NCBI GenBank assembly: GCA_964641665.1
Contig: CAZXKO010000038.1
Coordinates: forward strand, 118,271 to 182,270
Direction of reading: 5' to 3'
DNA from: an uncultured Acidobacteriaceae bacterium
Lineage (GTDB): Bacteria > Acidobacteriota > Terriglobia > Terriglobales > Acidobacteriaceae
DNA: 64,000 nt
The stretch's first letter is position 1; each line of letters starts with the position of its first letter. A program made the position numbers and the translations under genes. Positions 1 to 10,151 of the stretch are shown piece by piece. Under the pieces are notes generated by a model that worked only from the letters and a program-made list of their open reading frames with translations, searched no databases and had not been told where the DNA came from.

Positions 1-213
1 CAGGAAGAACTGAAGAGGTTTGAGGCGCTGATCGGCCCGACGTTGGAAGAGTTGGGGTACGCGCTGGCAACCAAAGACTCAGGATTTGCCGGGCGCGCGG
101 ACCTGCAACGGTTTCGGAGCGTATATCGGACCTACTTCAATGGCAAGTTGTGGCTTAAGGCGCATACACCACTGGGCAGGCTGATGGTGACTCGGGACCT
201 TCAGTGGGTATGA
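1..213 (+). CDS. 3' end of a sulfotransferase-like protein (5' part lies outside the window)
   Basis: Frame 1 is open from the window edge to TGA 211-213 (..EELKRFEALIGPTLEELGYALAT..LWLKAHTPLGRLMVTRDLQWV*). The FExxxGxxLxELGY stretch resembles C-terminal regions of bacterial sulfotransferase-family proteins (recollection, not searched). Confidence 0.35.
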   Translation, partial: QEELKRFEALIGPTLEELGYALATKDSGFAGRADLQRFRSVYRTYFNGKLWLKAHTPLGRLMVTRDLQWV

Positions 214-233
214 AGTGCGAGGGGTCGACGGAT

Positions 234-1052
234 TCAATCGGGCGACGCTAAAATCTGCACGTCGCCGGGGATGACTGGGCCGGAAAACTCAAAGGGATGG
301 CCTTGCAAGTCGGTCAGCTTGTATCCGAATTCCGCGAGGATCGCCTGCACACCTAAGGCCGATTTCTCGGAGTGCAGCTCGCAGCAAATTGTCGTTCTGC
401 GCGCCTTCAGGATTGAGCGAGCCCCCTCGAGCACTCTGGCTTCCTCATCTTCCACATCAATCTTCATAAAATCGGGAGGGGGATTGGTGTGGACAAAATC
501 GTCGAGGGTGATGGTGGTGAGATCTACGGTCGGCCACTTCGACTGGCCATCCGCAATGCGCGACCCGTAGGTATTCTCGTTGACGCTGAAACGGACGGTG
601 CGCACCGCGTCGCTAACCGGGCTGGGAACAATCGTGACGTTTTCAAGATGGTTGGCAGCGGCATGTTTGCGAATTTCCGCGGCCGCTTTTTGAGCCGGCT
701 CAAACGCATACACCATCTTTGCCTTGCGGGCCATCAGCAAAGAAAGGTAACCGATACTGGCGCCCAGGTCGTAGCAGATGGATCCCGGCTTTACGAGCCT
801 GTCGATCGCGAGTTGAGTCTCCAATTCATAGGTTCCGCGGATGTGGGCGTGGCTGACGTGTTCGTCCACGACGAGAGTCATCCCCTGCAATGGGCCTGAC
901 TCGATGGACACGGTGGCGCCTTCGAGCCCCACGAAGAAGGAAAACATCTTCCGAAAAAAATGGTAGACGGATGGATTTTTCTGAACCCATCGTTTCACGA
1001 ACTTGGGAGTCAGTTGGGTGGCAGCAATGATTGGCGCCCGCAGTATGGTCAA
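234..1052 (-). CDS. FkbM-family SAM-dependent methyltransferase
   Basis: 272-aa ORF. SAM-binding CYDLGASIGYLSL, FEP motif and FMKIDVEDEEARVLEGA, typical of FkbM-family methyltransferases. Confidence 0.85.
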   Translation of the reverse strand: MTILRAPIIAATQLTPKFVKRWVQKNPSVYHFFRKMFSFFVGLEGATVSIESGPLQGMTLVVDEHVSHAHIRGTYELETQLAIDRLVKPGSICYDLGASIGYLSLLMARKAKMVYAFEPAQKAAAEIRKHAAANHLENVTIVPSPVSDAVRTVRFSVNENTYGSRIADGQSKWPTVDLTTITLDDFVHTNPPPDFMKIDVEDEEARVLEGARSILKARRTTICCELHSEKSALGVQAILAEFGYKLTDLQGHPFEFSGPVIPGDVQILASPD

Positions 1053-1197
1053 GGTCTGATTTTGTGGGAGCGAGGTGCCCCGTTCCTTTTCGGAAAATTC
1101 TCTAAAGAGGCTGAACTTCTCTTGTAGCGATTGTTAACACAACACCCTATCTGACCCTCCACGGGTTTTCAAGAGCGCCGGAACTGGCAAGTCTTGT

Positions 1198-2250
1198 TCA
1201 CGGCCGTTTGAGCAGTTGCTCGTACAGATCACGCACAGCTTGCAGATTGCTTTCGTCAGCCGCGGAGGGCACGCGGCCTGACCGGGAAGTGGGCGCGTTG
1301 AGTTGCTCGTTGATGGCGCGCAGTAGAGCGGGCATGTTCGATTTCGGGATGAGGCGCAAACCTGGGGGCCGCATGCCGTTGTCGGTCGCGATCACGGCGG
1401 TGCCGACGTGCAGAGCCTCGCGTACAGAGACGGCATCGCCGTCGTAAAGAGTGGTGCGCAGCATCAACTGGGATTGGACAATCGCCTGCAGTGTGGCGGA
1501 GTGCGGGACGTCGCCACAGAGCAAAATGTGCTCCGCGTAGGGCTGTGCATCAATCTGGTTGCGGAGGGTGTGTTCCAGGGACCCCGAACCGATCAGGACG
1601 AGGCCGGCGTTTTGAAAGTTCAATCGGACTTGTCCGAGAACCTGGATTTGGGTTGGGAGGTCATACTCGGGCTCCAGCAGTCCGACGGAGATCAGGACTG
1701 GACTGTGCCGTGCGAAGAACGAGTGCAGCGGCTCGGGCAGGGAGCCGGATGAGCCGTCTTCCGCGAGGAAAGCGTGAGGATAGATCAAGCGCGTGTTGTT
1801 CGCAGAAACACCAAGCTTGTGGAAGAAGTGGAGGATCTCGGGATTCACGGCGATCAGGCCGTCGAACCGGCGCAGAACAAACCCCGCCAGAGATTTTGGT
1901 CCCAGGGACTGCGCTTCGGGAGTTGAGGGATAGCCGCCCGAATGAAAGGTCAGGACCGACTTACTGCCGCGCAGAAGGGTACAGGCCAAGCCCAAGGCAA
2001 GGAGCCGGAAGGTGAGCATGCCACCGAGGTGTAGATGCAGGACATCATATTGCAGGCGTCGCAGGAGTCCAATGAGTTGGGCGGCGTTTTCGGGGTAGTA
2101 GACGTCATCCGCCTCTGGCTTGCGGTGCCGGGTGATGTTGATCACCGCGCAAGAATTTCCGTTCTTGCGCAGGAAGGCGCGGATCGCCACCAGGTTGCTT
2201 TGCACTCCGCCGTGAGGAGGAGGGTAGGGACCAAGCTGGAGCACTCTCAT
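1198..2250 (-). CDS. glycosyltransferase (GT4/GT1-like)
   Basis: 350-aa ORF. N-terminus MRVLQLGPYPPPHGGV is typical of GT-B glycosyltransferases. Its start overlaps the stop of the upstream gene by 4 nt. Confidence 0.8.
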   Translation of the reverse strand: MRVLQLGPYPPPHGGVQSNLVAIRAFLRKNGNSCAVINITRHRKPEADDVYYPENAAQLIGLLRRLQYDVLHLHLGGMLTFRLLALGLACTLLRGSKSVLTFHSGGYPSTPEAQSLGPKSLAGFVLRRFDGLIAVNPEILHFFHKLGVSANNTRLIYPHAFLAEDGSSGSLPEPLHSFFARHSPVLISVGLLEPEYDLPTQIQVLGQVRLNFQNAGLVLIGSGSLEHTLRNQIDAQPYAEHILLCGDVPHSATLQAIVQSQLMLRTTLYDGDAVSVREALHVGTAVIATDNGMRPPGLRLIPKSNMPALLRAINEQLNAPTSRSGRVPSAADESNLQAVRDLYEQLLKRP

Positions 2251-4430
2251 GGGGTGCGGGACGCGAGGAAGTTGTCGAGATCGATGGTGCAGGGCACTCG
2301 CTCGCGGGCGGACTGCAGCATGCGCAGGCAGCCGAGGGTGGAGCGGACGCCGTCGCGGACGGTGATGTCGGGGGGGCGGCCCTGTTGCAGGGCGGCGAAG
2401 AAAGCCCGCATTTGAGCCTCGTAGCCCTTTTCGGCGAACCAGCTGGAACGCTTACGAACCGAGTTCGTGCGGACGGAGGATTGCTTGAAATCCTCTGCAA
2501 AGGCGCCCATGCCGGGAGCAAAGATCTCGACGCGCTCGCCGCCCGAGGTGCGGCTTCCGACGGTGCAGTAGGTGAGACTGGCGATGGAACCGTCGGCAAA
2601 ATGGATGCTGGCGACAAGGTTGTTTTCTCCGATCGGATCCTGCTTGCCGATGGGAAGGGAATAGGCGGAAACCTCGAGGGGCTCCGAGTCCAGCAGCCAG
2701 TAGACGAGATCGATGAAGTGGCAGGCTTCGCCGAGGATCGCACCTCCGAGCGCGGGATCGGCCATCCAGTAGGCACCAGAAATGCTGGGGGAGTTGATCC
2801 GGCAATTCAGCACCGCGGGCCCAGAGCGCTTGGCGAGTTGCTCCTTGAGCGCCAGGTACGAGGGCGCATACCGACGATTGAATCCTACGGTCAGTTGCTT
2901 GCTGGTTTCATGGACGGCACTATCGAGGGCCAAGCAATCCTGCTCGGTGAGGGCCAACGGCTTCTCGACAAAAACATTTTTTCCGGCGCGCAGGGCCGCC
3001 AGTGCCTGGGAGGCGTGCTGCTGGTTCCGGCTGACGATGACGACCGTGTCGACGGAAGTATCCTTGAGAATCTCGTCGTAGTCGGAGGCGCAGTACTCGG
3101 CCCCGAAACGCATGGCATAGCTCTTGCCACGTGAGCCATTCGACGACTGCACGGCGCGCAGGCGGATTCCCGGAGTGTTCTTCAGATTGGGCAGGTGGGT
3201 CCAGCGCGCGAGATTGCCTGCACCGACTATGGCTACGCCGATGCTGGAAGTGGAGCCAGAGGGAGTGGTTACCTCGACTCTGCGCTTCGGTTCGAACGCG
3301 GTGACAGGATCGGGGATGTCGGCCGCAGGATACTTGAGCAGCACTGCCAGGCTGGTGACGGCCGGATCCATGATGGTCACGTACGCTTTGGGTGCATCTT
3401 CGAGCGGAAATTGGTGCGTGATGAGGGGAGCGAGCTGCACGCGGGCCTGGGAGGTGAGCCTCAGGAACTCTTCCATGTTGCGATTCTCGGTCCAGCGCAC
3501 GTAGGGCAGGGGATAGTCTTGACCCTGGCGCTCATAGGAAGCGTCATAACTTCCGGGGCCGTAGGCGCGAGCCATGAGGACCTGGATTTCCTTGAGGTAG
3601 GTTTCATACCAGGGGAAGTTGAGCTGGACCGCGCCCACGTCGACGATGCGGCCGCGGTCGCGGCAGATGTCGACGGCGAGGCGGCAGGGGGCGTCGGACT
3701 TGGCGGCGGCCGCGATAATCACGCAGTCCGCGCCAATGCCATTGGTGAGCACCTTGACTTGTGCGGGGAACTGGTCGCCGCCGGCGATTGCGGCATCGGC
3801 TCCAAGTTGGCGGGCGAGCTCCACGCGATCGGGCCTGAGGTCGGTGGCGATGACGTAGCCGCCGTGCAAGCGGGCGAGCTGAGCAATGAGTTGACCCACT
3901 AGGCCGAGTCCGATGACGGCGATTTTCTCCCCCAGGGAGAAATTGGCGATGCGCACGCCATTCAGGGCGATACTACCCAGGGTAGTGAAGCAGGCGTGTT
4001 CGAAGGGTACGTTATCGGGCACTTTGACGACCAGGTTGCGGCCCACCAGGATGCTTTCGCCGTGCCCGGTGCCTTCGCCGCCGTAGGCAACGCGGTCTCC
4101 GAGTTCCAGGTCGCGGACGGTACTGTGCTTGTCGACGACCACTCCGGCACCTGAATATCCGAGCACGGCGTATTCACTGAACTTGGCCTTTACTTCGGCG
4201 AGGGTCCGCAGCGGACCTTGTGACTTCATCACATTGAGAATCTTGCCGATGTAGGACGGGTTATCGGCAACCGCGCGGACCACGCCCTCCTGGTGGATGC
4301 TGGCGGTTTCAGTGCCGCTGCTGATGAGGGAATAGATGGGGCGGACAAGCACGTGATGGGGAGTCACGACGGGGTCGGGAACCTCATCGACGATGATGTG
4401 TTTCAAGCCCTTGCGCAGGAGTTGTTTCAT
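2247..4430 (-). CDS. bi-domain oxidoreductase (Zn-ADH/MDR-like N-terminal half + Gfo/Idh/MocA C-terminal half)
   Basis: 727-aa ORF. N-terminal half has an MDR fold with Rossmann VIGLGLVGQL. C-terminal half has a second Rossmann IVGAGNLARW and an EKP motif (VFVEKPLA) typical of Gfo/Idh/MocA. Confidence 0.85.
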   Translation of the reverse strand: MKQLLRKGLKHIIVDEVPDPVVTPHHVLVRPIYSLISSGTETASIHQEGVVRAVADNPSYIGKILNVMKSQGPLRTLAEVKAKFSEYAVLGYSGAGVVVDKHSTVRDLELGDRVAYGGEGTGHGESILVGRNLVVKVPDNVPFEHACFTTLGSIALNGVRIANFSLGEKIAVIGLGLVGQLIAQLARLHGGYVIATDLRPDRVELARQLGADAAIAGGDQFPAQVKVLTNGIGADCVIIAAAAKSDAPCRLAVDICRDRGRIVDVGAVQLNFPWYETYLKEIQVLMARAYGPGSYDASYERQGQDYPLPYVRWTENRNMEEFLRLTSQARVQLAPLITHQFPLEDAPKAYVTIMDPAVTSLAVLLKYPAADIPDPVTAFEPKRRVEVTTPSGSTSSIGVAIVGAGNLARWTHLPNLKNTPGIRLRAVQSSNGSRGKSYAMRFGAEYCASDYDEILKDTSVDTVVIVSRNQQHASQALAALRAGKNVFVEKPLALTEQDCLALDSAVHETSKQLTVGFNRRYAPSYLALKEQLAKRSGPAVLNCRINSPSISGAYWMADPALGGAILGEACHFIDLVYWLLDSEPLEVSAYSLPIGKQDPIGENNLVASIHFADGSIASLTYCTVGSRTSGGERVEIFAPGMGAFAEDFKQSSVRTNSVRKRSSWFAEKGYEAQMRAFFAALQQGRPPDITVRDGVRSTLGCLRMLQSARERVPCTIDLDNFLASRTP

Positions 4431-4477
4431 CGCATCAATTTTCGGGGCAGAGGCCGTGACGCCTGTGTCCGCGGCGG

Positions 4478-6313
4478 TTACTGGACGCCCAGGGTGGCCT
4501 TGTCGACGCTGTTGATGTCCGCGCCCATATCCTTGCCGTCGGTGGCCGCGCGTTTGAACTTGCTGTTAGCGGCGAGGCGGTAGTCGCCGCCGTTGCCGTT
4601 CTTGAAGTTGACAAAGCCCACGTCGTTTACTTTCTTTACGGTGGCGTTCCCCTTGGGCCAGCCGCCATCGCCAATGATCACGTTGTGGTGGATAGCATAG
4701 GTGCGGAAGCAATCATCAAGAACCTCTGAGACGCTTCTGCTATCGGGCAGGGCGGAGCAATTTTTCTGCGGTCCCCCGCCCGTGGTCATGATCGGCTTAT
4801 CTCCAACCGTGAAAATGCTGTTGGTGATGGAGAGACCGAACATGCGAGGCTCGACACGCGGGCCACCCAGGATGAAGAAGGGTCCGGGAGGGAAGGCGGT
4901 GACGTGATCGATCTGGACGTCGCGGAGAACCGGCGTGTTCGAGACTCCTGGGGTCAGGGAATATTGCGCGAAGACACCGTTACCCTTGAAGAGGCCGGGC
5001 TGGATGTCGTCGACCACAACATCGTGAATGCTATAACGCTCGCCAGCCTTCGGGGCCCCACCATTGTCGGAGATACTATTAGCGATCTGAAAGGCGCTGC
5101 CGACGTGGCTGATGCGGCAGTTGCGAATGGTGAGGTCGCTAACATAGCACTCGGGACAAACGTTGGTGCCGGCCGCTCCGGCCTGGTTCTTGGGAGTAAT
5201 CAGGATTCCGAACCCGCTCTGGCTGAACCCGCCCCAGGTGTTTTCCAGGACGTTGCCGTCAAACAGGACGCGGGTTGCATTCTTGAGTTCGAACAGATTC
5301 TTAACGATGAAAGGCCGACCGTTGGTGGCGCCGACAAATTGCGGGTTGCCGGGCATCCAGGTCAAGGGTTTGAACATGTAGTTGTGCCGGATCTCGATGT
5401 CAGAAGGAGCGAGGGCGGCGAAACCGCCGCCGAAAATGATGGTTTCGGCCGCGCCTTCCATGAAATTGTTGTCGATCTTGTACGGACCCATGGGGTTGCT
5501 GCCCAAGCCCCCGGCGATGGCTTGCGCGTCGACGCAGGCGCCAGTGGCAGCAGTGCAATGGAAGTCGGTGAAGGTCGAGTCCACAATCGCAACGTAGGTG
5601 CTGCCGCCGAGGGAGATGCCTCGGTTGGTCTCGTCCTGCGGAACGCCGTGAAACCAAACCCGGTCAAAGATGATGTGATCCATCACACCGTCTTTTTCAG
5701 GCATGGCAAGGTTGTAGACCACGAAGCCCGGCGTGTCGCGTGTCACTTCGAGGCCGATGAGGCGATAGTGGTTGGCGCCGTTGGCGAAGAACAGTGGTCC
5801 GCTGCCACGCGAGGCGAAGACGACCTTCGCCATCATATTTTTGGGAGCGGCACAGTGGAAATCGGGGCGACCGGGAAGCGAGGCCACGCCCGCATAGCAG
5901 GGTGTGAGCCTCGTACCTTCCGGCGGCAAGGCGCTGTCGGGCGCGCTGGTGCGAACGATCACCCAGTGCTGGTCATCGCACTTCTTTGCCGGCAGGGTGA
6001 ATGTGCCGGTGAAGGTGGCACCAGCCTCAAGCGCGATGGTGTCTCCGCAGTTGGCGCTGCTCAGCGCGGCCCTAAATTCGGCAGCTTGTCTTACGGAGAT
6101 AGTGTGCCCGGGCGCAGGCGAGTCGGCTAAGGAACTCTTCACATAAACGCGGGGCAACTCGGCGGGTCCATCGAAGCCGGGGCGGGAAGGAGCAGGGCCG
6201 ACCCGACCGGCGCCGGGTTTTCTTGGCGACGACATCCCTATGGCCGTTAGAGCAACTGTAATCAATACGATAGAGGTTCCCAGGTGCGACCCCGAAGGTG
6301 CGTGTGCGGCCAT
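4478..6313 (-). CDS. membrane-anchored right-handed beta-helix protein (short paralog, P1)
   Basis: The ORF is open to 6502, but ATG 6313 (MAAHAPSGSHLGTSIVLITVALTAIG) gives an N-terminal TM anchor and removes the overlap with the upstream gene. About 540 aa align with the C-terminal part of 7494-10151. Repetitive beta-helix-like sequence; C-terminal DGKDMGAD. Confidence 0.75.
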   Translation of the reverse strand: MAAHAPSGSHLGTSIVLITVALTAIGMSSPRKPGAGRVGPAPSRPGFDGPAELPRVYVKSSLADSPAPGHTISVRQAAEFRAALSSANCGDTIALEAGATFTGTFTLPAKKCDDQHWVIVRTSAPDSALPPEGTRLTPCYAGVASLPGRPDFHCAAPKNMMAKVVFASRGSGPLFFANGANHYRLIGLEVTRDTPGFVVYNLAMPEKDGVMDHIIFDRVWFHGVPQDETNRGISLGGSTYVAIVDSTFTDFHCTAATGACVDAQAIAGGLGSNPMGPYKIDNNFMEGAAETIIFGGGFAALAPSDIEIRHNYMFKPLTWMPGNPQFVGATNGRPFIVKNLFELKNATRVLFDGNVLENTWGGFSQSGFGILITPKNQAGAAGTNVCPECYVSDLTIRNCRISHVGSAFQIANSISDNGGAPKAGERYSIHDVVVDDIQPGLFKGNGVFAQYSLTPGVSNTPVLRDVQIDHVTAFPPGPFFILGGPRVEPRMFGLSITNSIFTVGDKPIMTTGGGPQKNCSALPDSRSVSEVLDDCFRTYAIHHNVIIGDGGWPKGNATVKKVNDVGFVNFKNGNGGDYRLAANSKFKRAATDGKDMGADINSVDKATLGVQ

Positions 6314-6488
6314 AACTCGTCCGACCCGATGATACCACGCTGATTTGAGGGCGGTTTTTGTGGGAGGCACAGGAGTTGCTGAAGTCGGTGCCTGATTTTT
6401 CCTCAAGTCCTCGCCTTGACTTGCGTGCCGGCGCTGGGGGCAGTTCGCGGCGCAAATTGCCTCTGCGACATCATGCGGGGGTACATTT

Positions 6489-7274
6489 TCAGGGCTGAAC
6501 ATCCGGTGTTCGACTCTGCAGTTTCATTACGACGCAGGTTGCATAGCGTTCCAGGAAAGGCCAGTTCTGGAGGGCCCAATTACTTATACGCCACGGTACC
6601 CGGGTCTGCGAACGGAAGGTTCGACGAACCAGAGGCACGATGGGGAGACGGAAAAGACGAACCCCCTGTGCGACGAAGCCCTGCAAAAGTTCATCGAGTT
6701 CTGGACGAGTCAGAGGGTGCTCGAAGTCGGAGATATCCTCATGCGCGGGCAACAAACTGCGAAGACGAGCGTAGCCCGTTGAAAATCGAATGGGTTCATT
6801 CAGGATGACGGTTCCGTGCGGGGCGAGAATCCTGCGCATCTCCTCGCACACGATGGGGATCTGCAGATGATGGACGAGTGCGATGCAAAAGATGACATCA
6901 ACGGACTTGTCCGGAAGCCCTGTTTCATAGGCGGACCTGACTGCCAGGGACGCCTCCAGGCCTGCGTCGGCCAGACGCTTCTGAGCTAGCGCGATCAGGT
7001 CGGGCGAGATGTCTAAGCCGACCGTGCGGGCTCCTCGCCGGACGAGCGGCACCAGGTTTTCGCCAGAGCCACAGCCAAAATCGAGAACGGTCTTGCCGGC
7101 GACGTCGCCGAGAAGATGGAAGGCGTACTCGAGTGGATAGATGGTGTCTGCGGGTGGGGCCAGGTAGCGCTCGACGTCGGAGATGGGATTCACGACGGTC
7201 TTGCGGGCTTCAGCGGCGCTGCGTTCAATTTCCGACTGTTCCTGCTCAGCGATCTGTACCTTCGAATTGGACAT
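6489..7274 (-). CDS. class I SAM-dependent methyltransferase
   Basis: SAM motif VLDFGCGSGENL. The ORF is open to 7328; ATG 7274 (MSNSKVQ) is the preferred start. Confidence 0.85.
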   Translation of the reverse strand: MSNSKVQIAEQEQSEIERSAAEARKTVVNPISDVERYLAPPADTIYPLEYAFHLLGDVAGKTVLDFGCGSGENLVPLVRRGARTVGLDISPDLIALAQKRLADAGLEASLAVRSAYETGLPDKSVDVIFCIALVHHLQIPIVCEEMRRILAPHGTVILNEPIRFSTGYARLRSLLPAHEDISDFEHPLTRPELDELLQGFVAQGVRLFRLPIVPLVRRTFRSQTRVPWRISNWALQNWPFLERYATCVVMKLQSRTPDVQP

Positions 7275-7493
7275 TCGGTCTCTCCCCGGTTCTCGTCCCG
7301 GGCGAAGAAACTCCCTCGTTAAACTCACACTGCCAGCTGGATTTTACATTGGCCTGTTTTCCTTGGCAAAGTGCAGGACTGGAGCCAGATGCCGCTCCGT
7401 GTTGGGGCAGAGGGACGCGGCTGAGGGGAAGTAGGAAACGGCCTTCGCCGGAGGTGAGAGAACCCGCGAGGTCGGAGCCGAGCAACCAATCAT

Positions 7494-10151
7494 CTATTCG
7501 ATGCCCGCTATGGCAGCGGTGACAGCCGCGACATCCGCACCCAGGTCTTTCCCATCGGTCCCCGCACTAATGAAAGGGCTGGCAGGAAGGAGCTGATAGT
7601 TTCCGTCGATCGGATTGTCGCTGGTGAACAGTATGTTCGCGGAGGTCGCCGGGAACGAGTTGCCGGTGGGCCAAGTGGAAGGAGGGGTGCTCTTGGGAAG
7701 GCCGATGATTGCGTTGTTGCTGAAATGGTAGTTGGAAAAACAAGAGTTCAGAACCGCGCTGGGTGACGACAAACCGTAAACGCAGTCCTGCTTTCCACCA
7801 TCCGCCGTCAGAAAGGGATAAACACCTGCATTGGCGATATTGTTCGTGAAGGTGAAGTCGCTCATCTTGGGGTTTGCCCCGAGGTTGTCGCCCACGACCA
7901 GGAGCGTTCTGAGCGAGAGCGCGGTCACGTGATCGATCTTCACGTGCTGCAGAATGGGCGCGTCACCGCTAGCGGAAACCTGCGCCAGAACACCGGCTCC
8001 ACTATAGGTTGTGCCGTCAAGACCTTCGAAGATCACATCGTGAATGCTATAGCGCTGGCCGTCGAGGGGAGCGCCCTTGTTGTCGGACATGGCATTGGCG
8101 ATCTGCATTCCGGAGGCAGTGTTGCGCACGAGGTTGTAGCGAATGGTGACATCCGTGACCAGGCAGGCAGGACACACGTTGCCGGTGCCGCTAGCCTGGT
8201 TCTTGGGGGTGAGCAGGATGGCAAAGCCGACCTGGGAAAAGCCTCCCCAGGTATTTTCCAAGATGTTGCCCTCAAGGAGGACGCGCTGCGCGTTTTTGAG
8301 TTCAAATAGGTTCTTGACGATGAAAGGATGGCCGTCGCGGCCGCCGACAAAGTTGGGGCTGCCCTTCATCCAGTTCGCCGGTTTGAACATGTGATTGTGA
8401 CGGACTTCGATGTCGGTGGGGGCTACAGTGGCGGCCCCGCCTCCGAAGATGATGGTTTCCGCCGCGCCTTCCATGAAATTGTTGTCGATCTTGTACGGAC
8501 CCATGGGGTTGCTGCCCAAGCCTCCGGCGATGGCTTGCGCGTCGCCACAGGCCCCGCTCGCCGCGACGCAATGGAAATCCGACATGTAGGAATCGACGAT
8601 CGCCGCATAAGTCGTACCCGACAGCATGATGCCGCGCGTCGTCTCGTCCTGCGCGGTTCCATGAATCCAGGAGCGGTCGAAGACGATGTGGTCGGCGGTG
8701 CCATCCTTGTCGTTCAGCACGAGGTTGTAGACGACGGCGCGGGGCGTGTTACGCGTGATTTCGACCCCCAGGAAACGATAGTGGTTGGCGCCGTTGGCAA
8801 AAACGATCGGCCCGCTGCCTTCGCCCGAGAAGACGATCGCTGACAGAACGTTGCGTGGGGAAGGGCACGAATAGGGAGGTCGCCCGGGAAGGGAAGCTAC
8901 TCCCGCGTAGCAAGGCGTGAGCCGGTTTCCTTCGGGAGGCAATGCGCTGTCGGGAGCACTGGTGCGGACGATGATCCAGTGGTTGTCATCGCACTTCTTT
9001 GCCGGCAGGGTGAATGTGCCGGTAAAGGTTGCGCCAGCCTTGAGCGTAATGGTGTCGCCACACTTGGCTGAGTTGAGTGTGGGCTGCAAGCCGGCGCTGG
9101 CGGTCACGGCGTGAGTGACGCCGGGAGCCGGAGTATCGGCCAATGAACTCTTGACGTAGACACGAGGCAGTTCCGCGGAGCCGTCGAAGTCACTGATGTT
9201 AGATGGGGAGACGTTGATCGAGAACTTATGCGAGACGCTTTGGCTGGAAGCGTCACTGACGGAGGCCGTAAAAGACGATATGCCGGCTTGGAGGGCGAGT
9301 CCCTGGATCGTGCCATCGGCAGCGAGTTCGATCCCGGAGGGCAAGGACCCGGAAGCCACTTTCCACTGAAAGGGCGCTTTCCCGCCGGACGCGTGAAGAG
9401 CGACGTTGTATGGAACGCCCTCGGTCGCTTCGGGAAGGCTGGTGCTGCTTACGGCCAGGGTTGAAGAAGACTGGGTGGAAGGGCTGACGGTGATGGTTGC
9501 GGCACCCTGCTTGCTGGGATCGGCTTTACTGGTCGCGGTCAACTGGATCGTGGCGGATGTGTTGGCAATGGGGGCGATGAAAAGGCCCATCGAAGTAATG
9601 GTGCCGGCGCTCACGGACCAAGTGACCGCAGGATTGCTGGCATTCGACACGACGGCCGAAAACTGATGGGCCGCGCCCGGGGCGAGGTTCACGCTAGTGG
9701 GTGAAACTGCCACCTCGACCGAGGGAGTGACGACGGGAGCCTTCACCGTGATCGAAAACCTCTGCGTGCCCGCAGCATTGCCAGCCTGGTCAGCGACGAA
9801 GATCGTGAACTTGTAGGCGCCTGCGGTCTTCGGGGTGCCGGAGATCGATCCAGAGTGGGCGCTCATGGTGAGTCCCGGGGGAAGCTGGCCCATTTTAGTG
9901 GTGAAGTTGTAGGGAGCGGTTCCTCCGCTAACGGCGATCGCGGCGCTGTAGGTGTGGCCAAGGGTGGCTACCGGCAGACTCGCCGAAATGGCGATGGGTT
10001 GCGTCGCGCCGGCCGAGTTCAGCAGGGCACAGCCTGTGTTCGCAATGGAAAAGGCCAGGATCAACCCAAGGCAAAGATAAAAGCTGCAAGGGAACTGAGT
10101 GGTGGGGAAGCTGGGCCGTACTCTGGGTTGGGGGCAAACCAGGGTAAACAT
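7494..10151 (-). CDS. secreted/lipoprotein-like Ig-repeat + right-handed beta-helix protein (long paralog, P2)
   Basis: The ORF is open to 10175. The signal ends in a lipobox-like IANTGC. Three Ig-like modules (SGGTAPYNF..LPPGL..GTP; Big_2-like VSPTSVNLAPG; SGGKAPFQW..LPSGI) precede a beta-helix domain paralogous to 4478-6313. Confidence 0.8.
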   Translation of the reverse strand: MFTLVCPQPRVRPSFPTTQFPCSFYLCLGLILAFSIANTGCALLNSAGATQPIAISASLPVATLGHTYSAAIAVSGGTAPYNFTTKMGQLPPGLTMSAHSGSISGTPKTAGAYKFTIFVADQAGNAAGTQRFSITVKAPVVTPSVEVAVSPTSVNLAPGAAHQFSAVVSNASNPAVTWSVSAGTITSMGLFIAPIANTSATIQLTATSKADPSKQGAATITVSPSTQSSSTLAVSSTSLPEATEGVPYNVALHASGGKAPFQWKVASGSLPSGIELAADGTIQGLALQAGISSFTASVSDASSQSVSHKFSINVSPSNISDFDGSAELPRVYVKSSLADTPAPGVTHAVTASAGLQPTLNSAKCGDTITLKAGATFTGTFTLPAKKCDDNHWIIVRTSAPDSALPPEGNRLTPCYAGVASLPGRPPYSCPSPRNVLSAIVFSGEGSGPIVFANGANHYRFLGVEITRNTPRAVVYNLVLNDKDGTADHIVFDRSWIHGTAQDETTRGIMLSGTTYAAIVDSYMSDFHCVAASGACGDAQAIAGGLGSNPMGPYKIDNNFMEGAAETIIFGGGAATVAPTDIEVRHNHMFKPANWMKGSPNFVGGRDGHPFIVKNLFELKNAQRVLLEGNILENTWGGFSQVGFAILLTPKNQASGTGNVCPACLVTDVTIRYNLVRNTASGMQIANAMSDNKGAPLDGQRYSIHDVIFEGLDGTTYSGAGVLAQVSASGDAPILQHVKIDHVTALSLRTLLVVGDNLGANPKMSDFTFTNNIANAGVYPFLTADGGKQDCVYGLSSPSAVLNSCFSNYHFSNNAIIGLPKSTPPSTWPTGNSFPATSANILFTSDNPIDGNYQLLPASPFISAGTDGKDLGADVAAVTAAIAGIE

